From an uncultured Chloroflexia bacterium (GTDB taxonomy: Bacteria > Chloroflexota > Limnocylindria > Limnocylindrales > CSP1-4): 64,000 bases of DNA. The first letter of the stretch is position 1. Each line of letters begins with the position of its first letter. Under the pieces are notes generated by a model, which saw only the letters and a list, made by a program, of their open reading frames with translations, was not told the origin of the DNA and searched no databases. Below, one piece after another: positions 37,016 to 46,215 of the stretch. Both the position numbers and the translations under genes were made by a program. The stretch covers positions 205,447 to 269,446 of the forward strand of contig CAVSKS010000009.1 in the NCBI GenBank assembly GCA_963728605.1, given 5' to 3'.

Positions 37016-37801
37016 ATGGATCCGATGGCATCGGTCTTCCGGGCGCTGGGTGACCCCAGCCGGCGACTGCTCCTGGATCGGCTCTTCGAGCGTGATGGCC
37101 AGACGCTGGGCGAGCTGACGAGCTACCTGCCGGAGATGACGCGGTTCGGGGTCATGCGGCACCTGGGAGTCCTGGAGGAGGCGGGCCTCGTCTCGACGAG
37201 AAAGGTGGGACGCGAGAAGCGCCACTACCTGAACCCGGTCCCGATCCGCCTCGTCCACGACCGCTGGATCAGCAAGTACTCGGAACCCGTCATCGGGGGC
37301 CTGAGCGCATTGAAACACCACCTGGAGGGCAGAACCGTGACCGCACTCGCACCCGACCACGTCTACAGCGTCTACATCAACGCTCGGCCGGAGCGGATCT
37401 GGCAGGCGATCACCGACGGCGACCAGACGTCGCAGTACTACTTCGGCACCCGCGTCGGCTCCGACTGGAAGAAGGGCTCGCCGATCCGGTACGACTATCC
37501 CGACGGCTCGGTGGCCGCCGACGGCGAGGTCCTCGATGTCGACCCGCCGCGGCGACTGGCGATGACGTTCCACGCCCGCTGGTCGCCGGAGATCGAGGCC
37601 GAAGGCCCGGTCACGATGGCCTGGGAGATCGAGCCGGAGGAGGACGGTTCGGCGAGCAAGCTCACCGTGACCACGTCCGGCTTCAAGGTCGGCTCGAAGA
37701 CCGAGTCGGAGTTCACCGGCGGCATCGTCTTCATCGTCTCCGGGCTCAAGACCCTGGTCGAGACCGGCGCACCGATGACCGCGGTGGAGGCCGCCGGCTG
37801 A
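37016..37801 (+). CDS. ArsR-family wHTH regulator fused to an SRPBCC/AHSA1 domain
   Basis: FRALGDPSRRLLLDRLFERDGQTLGELTSYLPEMTRFGVMRHLGVLEEAGLV is an ArsR HTH. The C-terminal half resembles the activator-of-Hsp90-ATPase/SRPBCC fold. The track start at 37007 is TTG; I prefer ATG 37016. Confidence 0.85.
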   Translation: MDPMASVFRALGDPSRRLLLDRLFERDGQTLGELTSYLPEMTRFGVMRHLGVLEEAGLVSTRKVGREKRHYLNPVPIRLVHDRWISKYSEPVIGGLSALKHHLEGRTVTALAPDHVYSVYINARPERIWQAITDGDQTSQYYFGTRVGSDWKKGSPIRYDYPDGSVAADGEVLDVDPPRRLAMTFHARWSPEIEAEGPVTMAWEIEPEEDGSASKLTVTTSGFKVGSKTESEFTGGIVFIVSGLKTLVETGAPMTAVEAAG

Positions 37802-37974
37802 TACCGGTCATCTACGCACCAGGTGCGTGTTCGCCGTCCTTCGAGCGGACGATTGGCCCGAGATCCTGTCAAGCACGCAGCCCATGCGTAGATGACTGGC
37901 TAACGGTGCCCGGGAACTGACCGCAGAGGGACTCGGCTCGTCCACTACGCACCGTGTGCGCAAACGCCGAACGT

Positions 37975-38015
37975 CCGATGCCCGGGCCATGCGCCGGGGC
38001 ATCGGTCTGTTTCTG
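37975..38015 (+). terminator. hairpin plus U-rich tail, intrinsic-terminator-like, on the plus strand
   Basis: ccgatgcccgg-gccatgcg-ccggggcatcgg forms an 11-bp stem with one bulge, followed by tctgtttct. It lies about 175 nt downstream of the arsR-like stop. Confidence 0.4.
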
Positions 38016-38191
38016 GCATATGGCCACCTGGCGGTCGTTGGACGACGGCCGGGCCTGGACGCCGCGAGCACGAGCGTGGCCTACGCCTCCGTTCTGGACA
38101 CCTGACCGCCAGCTGATCAAACGCCGACGATCACGTGCCGAACGCACGCCCAGTGGGCAAACGCCGGATTCGGGCGCCCCCGGACGCGGCA

Positions 38192-38215
38192 GTGCCCCGG
38201 CCGAGGCCGGGGCAC
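38192..38215 (-). terminator. GC-rich hairpin downstream of the VOC gene
   Basis: gtgccccggcc-ga-ggccggggcac is a near-perfect inverted repeat 20 nt past the stop at 38236. No U-tract is present. Confidence 0.5.
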
Positions 38216-38235
38216 AGAGCCGAACCGGGAACGCG

Positions 38236-38574
38236 CTACATGATCCCGACGATGTGACCCTCGGGATCGGCGAACAGGGCGACGGTGGTCTCCGGGGCGA
38301 CCTCGGTCAGCGGCTGGATGATCCGGCCGCCGCCCGCCTCGGCCCGGCGGAGGACCTCCTCGGGGTTGTCCGAGTGGACGTAGAAGGTGACGTGCCCGGC
38401 ACCCCCGTCCTGCGAGCCGCCGATGCCACCGGTCAGACCGCCGTCCTGGCGGTACATGCCGTAGCCACCCGGGTTGTTGGTGTCGAGCGACCACCCGAAG
38501 ACGTCCTGGTAGAACTTCTGGAGCTTGGCGCCGTCCTTGCCGACGACCTCGACGTGAATGACCTGGGCACCCAT
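38236..38574 (-). CDS. VOC (glyoxalase/bleomycin-resistance/dioxygenase) family protein
   Basis: 112 aa. IHVEVVGKDGAKLQKFYQDVFGWS...HVTFYVHSDNPEEVLRRAEAGGGRII...ALFADPEGHIVGI. Confidence 0.8.
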   Translation of the reverse strand: MGAQVIHVEVVGKDGAKLQKFYQDVFGWSLDTNNPGGYGMYRQDGGLTGGIGGSQDGGAGHVTFYVHSDNPEEVLRRAEAGGGRIIQPLTEVAPETTVALFADPEGHIVGIM

Positions 38575-38650
38575 GTGCTGCTTCCTCCTGATGCCTCCCG
38601 GACGACCGAGCCGGCCGCCTCAACCCAACGACGAACGGGCTCGGTCCGAA

Positions 38651-38680
38651 TCGACAGGCCCCGGCCGCGCCGACTAGCAT
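38651..38680 (+). promoter_or_regulatory. candidate promoter TCGACA-N18-TAGCAT, 6 nt before a GTG start (leaderless-type)
   Basis: tcgaca ggccccggccgcgccgac tagcat cgaccc GTG. No SD is present. Confidence 0.4.
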
Positions 38681-38686
38681 CGACCC

Positions 38687-39466
38687 GTGACCAGCCCATC
38701 CACGCAGACGCCGGTGCCGCGCGACGCCCTGGCGCGGTCACCCGACCTCCTCGCCTATGCGGAGAAGGGATTCGATGCGGTCCAGGGCTGGTGCGACCCG
38801 CGGACGCTGTCGGTCCTAGCCGAGCTCGGTGAGCTCCAGGGCCAGGCCGGGGTCGGTGGGGGATCGGCGGAGATCGGCGTCTTCCACGGCAAGCTGCTCA
38901 TCGCCCTGCACCTGTTGCGGAGTCCCGGTACCCGGACCCTCGCCGTCGACCTGTTCGAGCACCAGGAGCTGAACCTCGACCGCTCGGGTGAAGGCGACTC
39001 GGGCCAGGTCCGCCGAAATCTTGAAGCCAATTGCCCGGACGCGGAGACCGTCGAACTGATGGCCCGCGACAGCCTCGATCTCGCCGATGACGACGTCCTC
39101 GCGATCCTCGAGCGACACGGCCGCTTCCGCTGGTTCAGCGTCGACGGCGGCCATACGGTCGACCATGCCGTCAACGATCTCCGGCTGGCCGAGCGGCTGA
39201 TCGTGGCCGGCGGAATCGTGGTCGTCGACGACTACTACAACCAGGATTGGCCGGGCGTCCACGAGGCGGTCGCCCGCCGCTTCATCCTCGATACCCCGCG
39301 GATCGTCCCGTTCCTCGTCGGCTTCGGCAAGCTGTACCTGACCACCGTCGCCCATCACGACGACTACTTCGGCGGGATCGGGGAGCGCCTGCGGACGGCC
39401 GGGCACCGGCTCAAGATGGTCAGCATGTACGGCCACTACGTCCTGAGCGTCCGCCCCGCTCCGTAA
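38687..39466 (+). CDS. class I SAM-dependent methyltransferase (Methyltransf_24/CmcI-like)
   Basis: ...AEIGVFHGKLLIAL..., ...FSVDGGHTVDHAVNDLRLAERLIVAGGIVVVDDY.... Confidence 0.6.
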   Translation: MTSPSTQTPVPRDALARSPDLLAYAEKGFDAVQGWCDPRTLSVLAELGELQGQAGVGGGSAEIGVFHGKLLIALHLLRSPGTRTLAVDLFEHQELNLDRSGEGDSGQVRRNLEANCPDAETVELMARDSLDLADDDVLAILERHGRFRWFSVDGGHTVDHAVNDLRLAERLIVAGGIVVVDDYYNQDWPGVHEAVARRFILDTPRIVPFLVGFGKLYLTTVAHHDDYFGGIGERLRTAGHRLKMVSMYGHYVLSVRPAP

Positions 39467-39511
39467 GCCCTGCCCCATTCGTCCACTGCGCCTTCCAATA
39501 GAGGAGAGCTC

Positions 39512-39970
39512 GTGAAGTTTTCCGGTTCGGTCCCGATCCAGGCGCCGCGCGATCGGGTGTGGGCGTTCGTCATCGATCCCAACCAGGTCGGGCCATGCGG
39601 CCCCGGCGTCTCATCGATCGAGGTGATCGACGACAGCCACTTCAAGGCCACGGCCAAGGTCGGGATCGGGTTCATCAGCGCCCGGTTCGTCGTCAACATG
39701 GAGTTCGCGGAGCTGGCGCCCCCGGAACGCGCCCTGATCAAGGCCCATGGCCAGGCCCCCGGCAGCGCCGTCGACGCGACGGCCGTCATGGAGCTCACTG
39801 ACGGCGAGTCCGACGGCACGACGGTCATGGACTGGAGCGCCGACGTGAATATCGCCGGGACGCTCGCCAGCGTCGGCGCTCGCCTCATCGAGGGAGCGGC
39901 CAACAAGATGATCGGCCAGGCCTTCGACTGCATCCGTTCCAAGCTGGAGGGTCAGCCGGCGGCCGGATGA
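39512..39970 (+). CDS. coxG: CoxG-like SRPBCC domain protein
   Basis: MKFSGSVPIQAPRDRVWAFVIDPNQVGPC.PGV...FKATAKVGIGFISARF...IAGTLASVGARLIEGAANKMIGQAFDCI. GTG start preceded by GAGGAGAG. Confidence 0.8.
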   Translation: MKFSGSVPIQAPRDRVWAFVIDPNQVGPCGPGVSSIEVIDDSHFKATAKVGIGFISARFVVNMEFAELAPPERALIKAHGQAPGSAVDATAVMELTDGESDGTTVMDWSADVNIAGTLASVGARLIEGAANKMIGQAFDCIRSKLEGQPAAG

Positions 39971-40422
39971 CCACGGCTCCCTGGACGTGCCCCAGCTGCC
40001 ACGCGCCGTTCGTGGCGCCGAACGCCTCGCACTCCTGCGTGTCCGGTGACCTGGAAGCCCACTTCGACGCTGCAAAGCCGGCCGTTCGGTCCGCCTTCGA
40101 CCGGCTGGTCGAGCTCGCGACGGTCGACGGCTCGATCCCGGTGATTGCCCAGAAGACGCGGATCGTGCTTGCCGCGCCCGTCAGGTTCCTCGCCATCCAG
40201 GTCCGTCGCGACCGCCTGATCGGGCATTTCCTGCTCGACCGGGAGGTGCCCCATCCCCTGGTGACGGCGATCGTCCCGGACGCCTACGGCAGCGGCCTGG
40301 CGTTGCATCGGCTGTCGATCCGCGACGCCGCCGAGATCGACGATTCATTCGCCGCCATGCTGGCCGAGGCGGCCGAGCGCGTCGGCCGTCGCGGCCGGTT
40401 CGGAACGGGCAGGGCGTCCTGA
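39967..40422 (+). CDS. DUF5655-like protein with N-terminal CxxC...HSC motif
   Basis: WTCPSCHAPFVAPNASHSC...AHFDAAKPAVRSAFDRLV...RIVLAAPVRFLAIQVRRDRL. ATGA overlap with coxG. Confidence 0.5.
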   Translation: MTTAPWTCPSCHAPFVAPNASHSCVSGDLEAHFDAAKPAVRSAFDRLVELATVDGSIPVIAQKTRIVLAAPVRFLAIQVRRDRLIGHFLLDREVPHPLVTAIVPDAYGSGLALHRLSIRDAAEIDDSFAAMLAEAAERVGRRGRFGTGRAS

Positions 40423-41060
40423 TGGAGGTGCTCACGCGGCCGATCGGGCCGCTGGCGACGAACGTCATCATCCTGGCCGACGAGGCATCGCGGGAGGCCA
40501 TCGCCGTCGACACCGCGATCCCGTGCCTGTCCTGGATTGCCGGCGAGCTCGAGGAGCGGGGCTGGACGCTCAAGCTCATCGTCTCGACCCACGGCCACTG
40601 GGACCACATCGGCGACAACGCCGCCGTGGCCGAGCACACCGGCGCGCCGATCGCCGTCCATCCCCTCGATCGGGACCGGCTGACCGCCCCGTCGCCGATC
40701 TGGGCGCCGTTCGAGATCCCCCCGTCGGTGGCGGCCGTCGAGCTGGCCGAAGGCGGCGAGATCCGGTTCGGCGAGATCCGGCTGCGCGTCCTGCACACGC
40801 CCGGCCACACCGAGGGCTCGGTCTGCCTCCAGGCCGTAGATGACGGCTACCTGTTCAGCGGCGACACCCTGTTCGCCGGTGGCTGGGGACGGGTCGACCT
40901 GCCGGGCGGCTCGGCGGAGGCGATGGTCGCGTCGCTCGCCCGCCTGACCGAGCTCGACGACGCGACCCGCGTGCTCCCGGGCCACGGCGCGGCGACGACG
41001 ATCGGGCGCGAGCGGTCGTGGCTGGAGCTGGTCCGGGACGAGGGCCGGCTGTTCGCCTGA
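40422..41060 (+). CDS. MBL-fold metallo-hydrolase (glyoxalase II-like)
   Basis: STHGHWDHIGDN (HxHxDH), HTPGHTEGS, ...DTLFAGGWGR..., PGHG. The start overlaps the upstream stop by 1 nt. Confidence 0.85.
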   Translation: MEVLTRPIGPLATNVIILADEASREAIAVDTAIPCLSWIAGELEERGWTLKLIVSTHGHWDHIGDNAAVAEHTGAPIAVHPLDRDRLTAPSPIWAPFEIPPSVAAVELAEGGEIRFGEIRLRVLHTPGHTEGSVCLQAVDDGYLFSGDTLFAGGWGRVDLPGGSAEAMVASLARLTELDDATRVLPGHGAATTIGRERSWLELVRDEGRLFA

Positions 41061-41069
41061 GCGGCGTCC

Positions 41070-42089
41070 CTACATCGCCTTGCGATAGGCCTGCGACGAG
41101 TCACGGACCTCGAAGCCCAGGCTCTCGTAGAGCTGCAGGGCACCGGTCGCGTTCTGGGCGTCGACGCCGAGCATCGCTTCGCCGATCCCGGCGCCCTGGA
41201 GGCGTCGGAGGTTGTCGACGATGAGCGCCTTGGCGATGCCACGCCCGCGCCACGCTCGCCGGACGGCGATGCGCTCCATCCAGGCTCGGCTGATTCCGAG
41301 CAGCCGGTTCTCCTCGGCCCAGATGAACGTCTGGACGGAGCCGACGATCGCATCGCCTTCCCAGGCGACCGACCACAGGTCGGTGTCGAGATCCGGCGAT
41401 TCGAAGATTCGCCGAAAATCCTCGTCGGTCTGCTCGCGGTGGCCCCAGTGGTCCTCGAAGGCCTCGTTGGTGGCCTCGAAGATCCGCCGATGCTGCTCCT
41501 CGGCGACGTGGCGGATCTCGATTCCGGCCGGCAGCGGCTGATCCGGCAGGTCGCCCGCTACGGGTCGCCGCATTCGGAAGCCGTGCCGGACGACCCGATA
41601 GCCCTCCGACTCGAGGAGCCGCCGGGGCGCCGGGCGATCCGGGATCCAGAGGTGCAGCTCGCGACCGCCCGGATCGTCCTCGCCCCTGGCGCGATCCCGC
41701 TGGTAGGCCTCGACGTGTCGGAGCATGGCCCGTCCCAGGCCGCGACGGCGCCACGCCGGGTGGACCATCCCGTCAATGGCGTACAGCGTCATCCCGTCGC
41801 GAACCTGCCGGACGCCCTCCGCGTAGGCCACGATCTGGCCGTCGATCTCGGCGAACAGGACGTCGCGGGCTGGATCGAGGCCCGGGTAGTTCTGGTAGTC
41901 GACCGCGAGATTCTCGGCGTCCGGGGCATAGTCCAGGCTGTCGGCCGCATTGCCCGCGACGAGGAGCGCCGCAAAGCCGGAATAGTCGCCCCGGTCACGG
42001 AGCCGGCGGAAGGAGAGGCCGGGCACCGGCGGGGCACCGGTCACCTCGATCGAGATGCCGTCGGTCGTGCTCGTGGTCGTCACCGCCAT
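41070..42089 (-). CDS. tandem-GNAT N-acetyltransferase (MshD-like architecture)
   Basis: Two acetyl-CoA motifs, RRRGLGRAMLRHVE and WRGRGIAKALIVDNL. The C-terminus is ...ALQLYESLGFEV. Confidence 0.7.
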   Translation of the reverse strand: MAVTTTSTTDGISIEVTGAPPVPGLSFRRLRDRGDYSGFAALLVAGNAADSLDYAPDAENLAVDYQNYPGLDPARDVLFAEIDGQIVAYAEGVRQVRDGMTLYAIDGMVHPAWRRRGLGRAMLRHVEAYQRDRARGEDDPGGRELHLWIPDRPAPRRLLESEGYRVVRHGFRMRRPVAGDLPDQPLPAGIEIRHVAEEQHRRIFEATNEAFEDHWGHREQTDEDFRRIFESPDLDTDLWSVAWEGDAIVGSVQTFIWAEENRLLGISRAWMERIAVRRAWRGRGIAKALIVDNLRRLQGAGIGEAMLGVDAQNATGALQLYESLGFEVRDSSQAYRKAM

Positions 42090-43240
42090 TCCTCCCCGTA
42101 TTTCTGGTCCATGTGTTTGCCCACCGCCTTGTGGATCTGCTTCCAGCGCTTGCGCTCCTCGCTGCGGGCGACCGGATCTGTCTTGCGGATCGCGTGTGCC
42201 GATTCGCGCTCGAGCTTTCGGTGGCTCTCGAGGCGCGCCTCGGTGAGCGTTCCGGCGTCGATCGCCGCCCGGACCGCGCAGCCGGGCTCGCCGGCGTGCC
42301 GGCAGTCGGCGAACCGGCAGGCCGCCGCCAGGGCGGTCACGTCCTCGAACGTTCCTTCCACCCCCTCGTCGGCGCCGGCGACCTCCAGCGACCGGATGCC
42401 CGGCGTGTCGATGAGCAGCGCACCAGTCGGCAGGAGGAACAACTCGCGATGGGTGGTGGTGTGGCGGCCCCGCGAATCGGAATCACGCACCTCGGACGTC
42501 GCCTGGCGCTCGCTGCCGAGCAGGGCATTGAGGAGCGTCGACTTGCCGACGCCCGACGAGCCCAGCACGACCGCCGTCGTACCCGGTCGGAGGTATTCGC
42601 CGAGATCGTCGAGCCCCGTGCCGGCCCTGGCGCTGGTGGCCACCACCGCGACCCCGGACGCCACCTGCTCGATGTCCCACCTGCGCCCGTCGAGATCGGC
42701 CTCGAGGTCGGCCTTGTTGAGGACGACGACCGGCTCGATCCCGCACGACCGCGCCACCGCAAGGTAGCGTTCGATGCGGCGGGGATTGAAGTCGTGGTCG
42801 AGGCCGGCGACGATCAGGGCCACGTCGACGTTGGCCGCCAGCACCTGCTCGTCCACCCCCCGTCCGGAACCTCGCCGGCTCGCGTCTGCCGCGCTGCGCC
42901 GGAAGGAGTTCTGCCTGGGGAGGACGGCCGCGATGACGGCGTCGCCGCCCGCGGCGGCCTGCGCGACTCGCTCGTCCTCGGCGGCCAGCTCGGCCGCGGC
43001 CTCGAGCGCCACCCAGTCGCCGACCGCCGGATAGTCAGCGGTCGAGAGCGCATCGAATCGGAACCGGCCGGACACGACGGCGCGGTCGTCGCCGGCGTCG
43101 GATCGGACGATCGACGTCTCCTTGTGAACGGCGACGACCCGGGCCGGCAGTCGGCCGAGGGATCGGTGGGCCCGGAACGAAGCGTCCAGCGCCTCGTTCC
43201 AGCCCAGCGATTCGAGCACGCTTCCGTCGACGGTCGACAT
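42080..43240 (-). CDS. rsgA: ribosome small-subunit-dependent GTPase A
   Basis: The internal ATG at 43238-43240 overlaps the permease stop. VLNKADL, P-loop VVLGSSGVGKSTLLNALLG, and zinc knuckle CRFADCRHAGEPGCAV. Confidence 0.85.
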   Translation of the reverse strand: MSTVDGSVLESLGWNEALDASFRAHRSLGRLPARVVAVHKETSIVRSDAGDDRAVVSGRFRFDALSTADYPAVGDWVALEAAAELAAEDERVAQAAAGGDAVIAAVLPRQNSFRRSAADASRRGSGRGVDEQVLAANVDVALIVAGLDHDFNPRRIERYLAVARSCGIEPVVVLNKADLEADLDGRRWDIEQVASGVAVVATSARAGTGLDDLGEYLRPGTTAVVLGSSGVGKSTLLNALLGSERQATSEVRDSDSRGRHTTTHRELFLLPTGALLIDTPGIRSLEVAGADEGVEGTFEDVTALAAACRFADCRHAGEPGCAVRAAIDAGTLTEARLESHRKLERESAHAIRKTDPVARSEERKRWKQIHKAVGKHMDQKYGEEWR

Positions 43241-44043
43241 CAGCCCACTCGCTTGAGCTTGCCGGTGCGCTTGGCGTAGCGCTCGGCGCGGCCGAAGGCC
43301 CACAGCCCGACCGGGATGAGGACGATGCCCATCACGATCAGCGGCCACACGTCACCGGCCCGGTCGATGACCGAGACGCCGTCGATGAGCCCACCCCGAA
43401 CGCCGTCGAGGACGTACGTCGCCGGCGACAGGTGCGAGAGCACCTGCATCCAGCCGGGCAGGATGTCGACCGAGTAGTAGACGCCACTGACCAGCAGGAT
43501 CACCGACTGGAGGACGAACGTCATCTGGGCGCCGCGCTCGACGTACAGCAGCGGAAGGATGGCTGCCATCATCCCGATGCCGACGAAACTGAACGACCCG
43601 AGGAGCATGAAGATCCCAGCCGTCGCCAGGTTCGCGTGCGAGAGGTCGAGCTGCGGGAAGAACAGGACGAGCACTACCAGGATGACCGCCGTGTGGATCA
43701 GGCCATAGAGCATGGCGTACACGACCGAGCCCAGCAGCTGGGTCGATCGCCGGATCGGGGCCATCATCGTGTACTCGAGGGTGCCCTCCCAGCGCTCTAC
43801 GGCGATGGTCTCGGCGATCCAGCTGAACACGACCGACAGGTAGTTCCAGAAGATCGCCCCGACCATCAGCGACAGAAGCAGCGTTGGGCTGCCCTGGTCG
43901 GCACCGATGAGCGAGATTGAGAGCGCGCCCGCGACGGAATAGACCAGGAAGGCGATCTCCCAGCCCCAGTAGCGGCGTGTCAGGTTGAAGTTGCGCTCGA
44001 TGAAGGCGTACGACGCCTTCAGCTCATGGGCGACGATGGTCAT
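43240..44043 (-). CDS. ABC-2 type transporter permease
   Basis: 267 aa with a six-TM-like profile. FIERNFNLTRRYWGWEIAFLVYS is typical of the ABC-2 family. AAGGAGG lies upstream. Confidence 0.8.
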   Translation of the reverse strand: MTIVAHELKASYAFIERNFNLTRRYWGWEIAFLVYSVAGALSISLIGADQGSPTLLLSLMVGAIFWNYLSVVFSWIAETIAVERWEGTLEYTMMAPIRRSTQLLGSVVYAMLYGLIHTAVILVVLVLFFPQLDLSHANLATAGIFMLLGSFSFVGIGMMAAILPLLYVERGAQMTFVLQSVILLVSGVYYSVDILPGWMQVLSHLSPATYVLDGVRGGLIDGVSVIDRAGDVWPLIVMGIVLIPVGLWAFGRAERYAKRTGKLKRVG

Positions 44044-44077
44044 GGCCGACCTCCTTTCTCAGTGGTGGCCGGCCCGG

Positions 44078-44293
44078 TCAGCGGGACCGGACCGGCCGAT
44101 AACTGGGCTCGACGAGGCGCACGCCGATCCGGATGAACGCGTGGCCGACGGATCGGCGCAGCGCACTCAGTTCCGAGCGGCGGGCGTTGCGACGAAGGCG
44201 CATGGCCTCCGCTCGCTGGCCTGCCTCGCGGCGCTGGCCGTCGGCGTTCCGACGGATCTGCCGCTGCAGGGAGAGCTCCTGGTACAGGTTCAT
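44078..44293 (-). CDS. small arginine-rich protein (71 aa) between ABC ATPase and permease
   Basis: MNLYQELSLQRQIRRNADGQRREAGQRAEAMRLRRNARRSELSALRR... has 18 Arg in 71 residues. A strong AAGGAGGTG lies 8 nt upstream of the ATG, and GC3 is high. Confidence 0.6.
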   Translation of the reverse strand: MNLYQELSLQRQIRRNADGQRREAGQRAEAMRLRRNARRSELSALRRSVGHAFIRIGVRLVEPSYRPVRSR

Positions 44294-44309
44294 TGCACAT
44301 CACCTCCTT

Positions 44310-45215
<906 letters not shown>

Positions 45216-45329
45216 GGTGGTGACTCCAGTGCTGGGCCGGGAAATGACGAGAGCCGCAGGCCCTTGCCGACGATCGTCGGGGTGGGCTCGCGGCTCCTTC
45301 ATCCGATGCGTCGCGCTGAGCGAGGCATC

Positions 45330-45362
45330 AAAAAAGCCGGGGGCCCGATCTGGCCCACGGCT
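45330..45362 (-). terminator. canonical intrinsic terminator (GC stem plus U6) in the leader of the ABC operon
   Basis: The minus strand reads agccgtgggcc-agatc-gggcccccggct followed by tttttt (plus-strand A-run 45330-45335). It is the only clear U-tailed terminator I saw in the window. Confidence 0.55.
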
Positions 45363-45398
45363 CGTGGTTCGCACTTTCGGCGGCACTGCCGCCGGAGG

Positions 45399-45482
45399 CT
45401 AGCTCGAGATGGGCACAGATCTCCCGCGCACGTCGGCGCCATCGGGCGCGACGGTGACGCTGAGGAGGAAGTGCATTGCCAT
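45399..45482 (-). promoter_or_regulatory. candidate 27-codon leader peptide uORF
   Basis: AGGAG, an 11-nt spacer, then ATG GCA ATG CAC TTC CTC CTC ... TAG (MAMHFLLSVTVAPDGADVRGRSVPISS). The stop lies a few nt before hairpin cggcggc-agt-gccgccg (45378-45394) and the terminator. Confidence 0.3.
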
Positions 45483-45568
45483 TCGGTCAGCCGCTCCTGT
45501 TAGCAGGGCATGGGGAACGCGCCTGTCGCGTTCGGGAGGCGGAGTCTACGACCCTGGGCCCGTCGCTG

Positions 45569-46180
45569 TCAACGCTCTGGCGGCCGCCGGCGGGCTCGAA
45601 CGGCGCGCCGGACAATGGGCCGGACCGGGGTCGTCTTGTTCCATTGCCGGCGTTCGATGACCTCGAACCCGGCGTCCTCGAACATGCCGACCGTGCCCTT
45701 GTAGGCGGCCGCCGCCGAGATGCGGCCGTTCGTCTCGGCCGGGTAGCCTTCGAGCAGCGTCGCTCCCTGGTCACGGGCGTACTCGACGGCCGCAGCCAGC
45801 AGCGCGCGAGCGACGCCCTGGCCGCGGTGCTTGCGCCCGACGACGAAGCAGACGATCGACCAGACCGGCTTGTCGTCGATCGGGGCGAGGACCTTTGAAT
45901 GCTCCAGCCGGTCGAACGACGTCCGCGGTCCCAGCCCGACCCAGCCAATGGCTTCGCGGTCGAGGTAGGCGACCAGCCCGGGCGCCGGATCGCGCTTGGC
46001 CAGCTTGCGGAGGCGCTCGCGATTGGAGTTCGCGGTGGCATTCGTCCAGTCGAGGCCGCGGACCCGCCAGTACGCGCACCAGCACCATTTCGGATCGCCG
46101 CCCTGCCGGAAGAGCGACGCGACGTCATCGAACCGCTCTGCGTTCAGCGGCTCGATCGTGATGGTTGGCCTGGATGGCAT
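45569..46180 (-). CDS. GNAT family N-acetyltransferase
   Basis: The internal ATG at 46178-46180 gives MPSRPTITIEPLNAERFDD.... Acetyl-CoA motif VVGRKHRGQGVARALL. The track ORF starts further upstream at a TTG. Confidence 0.8.
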   Translation of the reverse strand: MPSRPTITIEPLNAERFDDVASLFRQGGDPKWCWCAYWRVRGLDWTNATANSNRERLRKLAKRDPAPGLVAYLDREAIGWVGLGPRTSFDRLEHSKVLAPIDDKPVWSIVCFVVGRKHRGQGVARALLAAAVEYARDQGATLLEGYPAETNGRISAAAAYKGTVGMFEDAGFEVIERRQWNKTTPVRPIVRRAVRARRRPPER

Positions 46181-46215
46181 GCCTGGATCGTACGGCTGGG
46201 CCCGGTCAACAACTG

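Noticed and set aside
45366-45568. Resemblance of leader segments to ZTP (GGGTCGTAGACT...) or guanidine-I/ykkC (GCTAGCCTCCGG...) riboswitch cores
   Set aside because: Only one short segment of each consensus is matched. The other conserved elements (CCGCCUGGGCA for ZTP; GGUCCGAGAG and ACACGG for ykkC) are absent, and the downstream genes do not fit the ZTP regulon.
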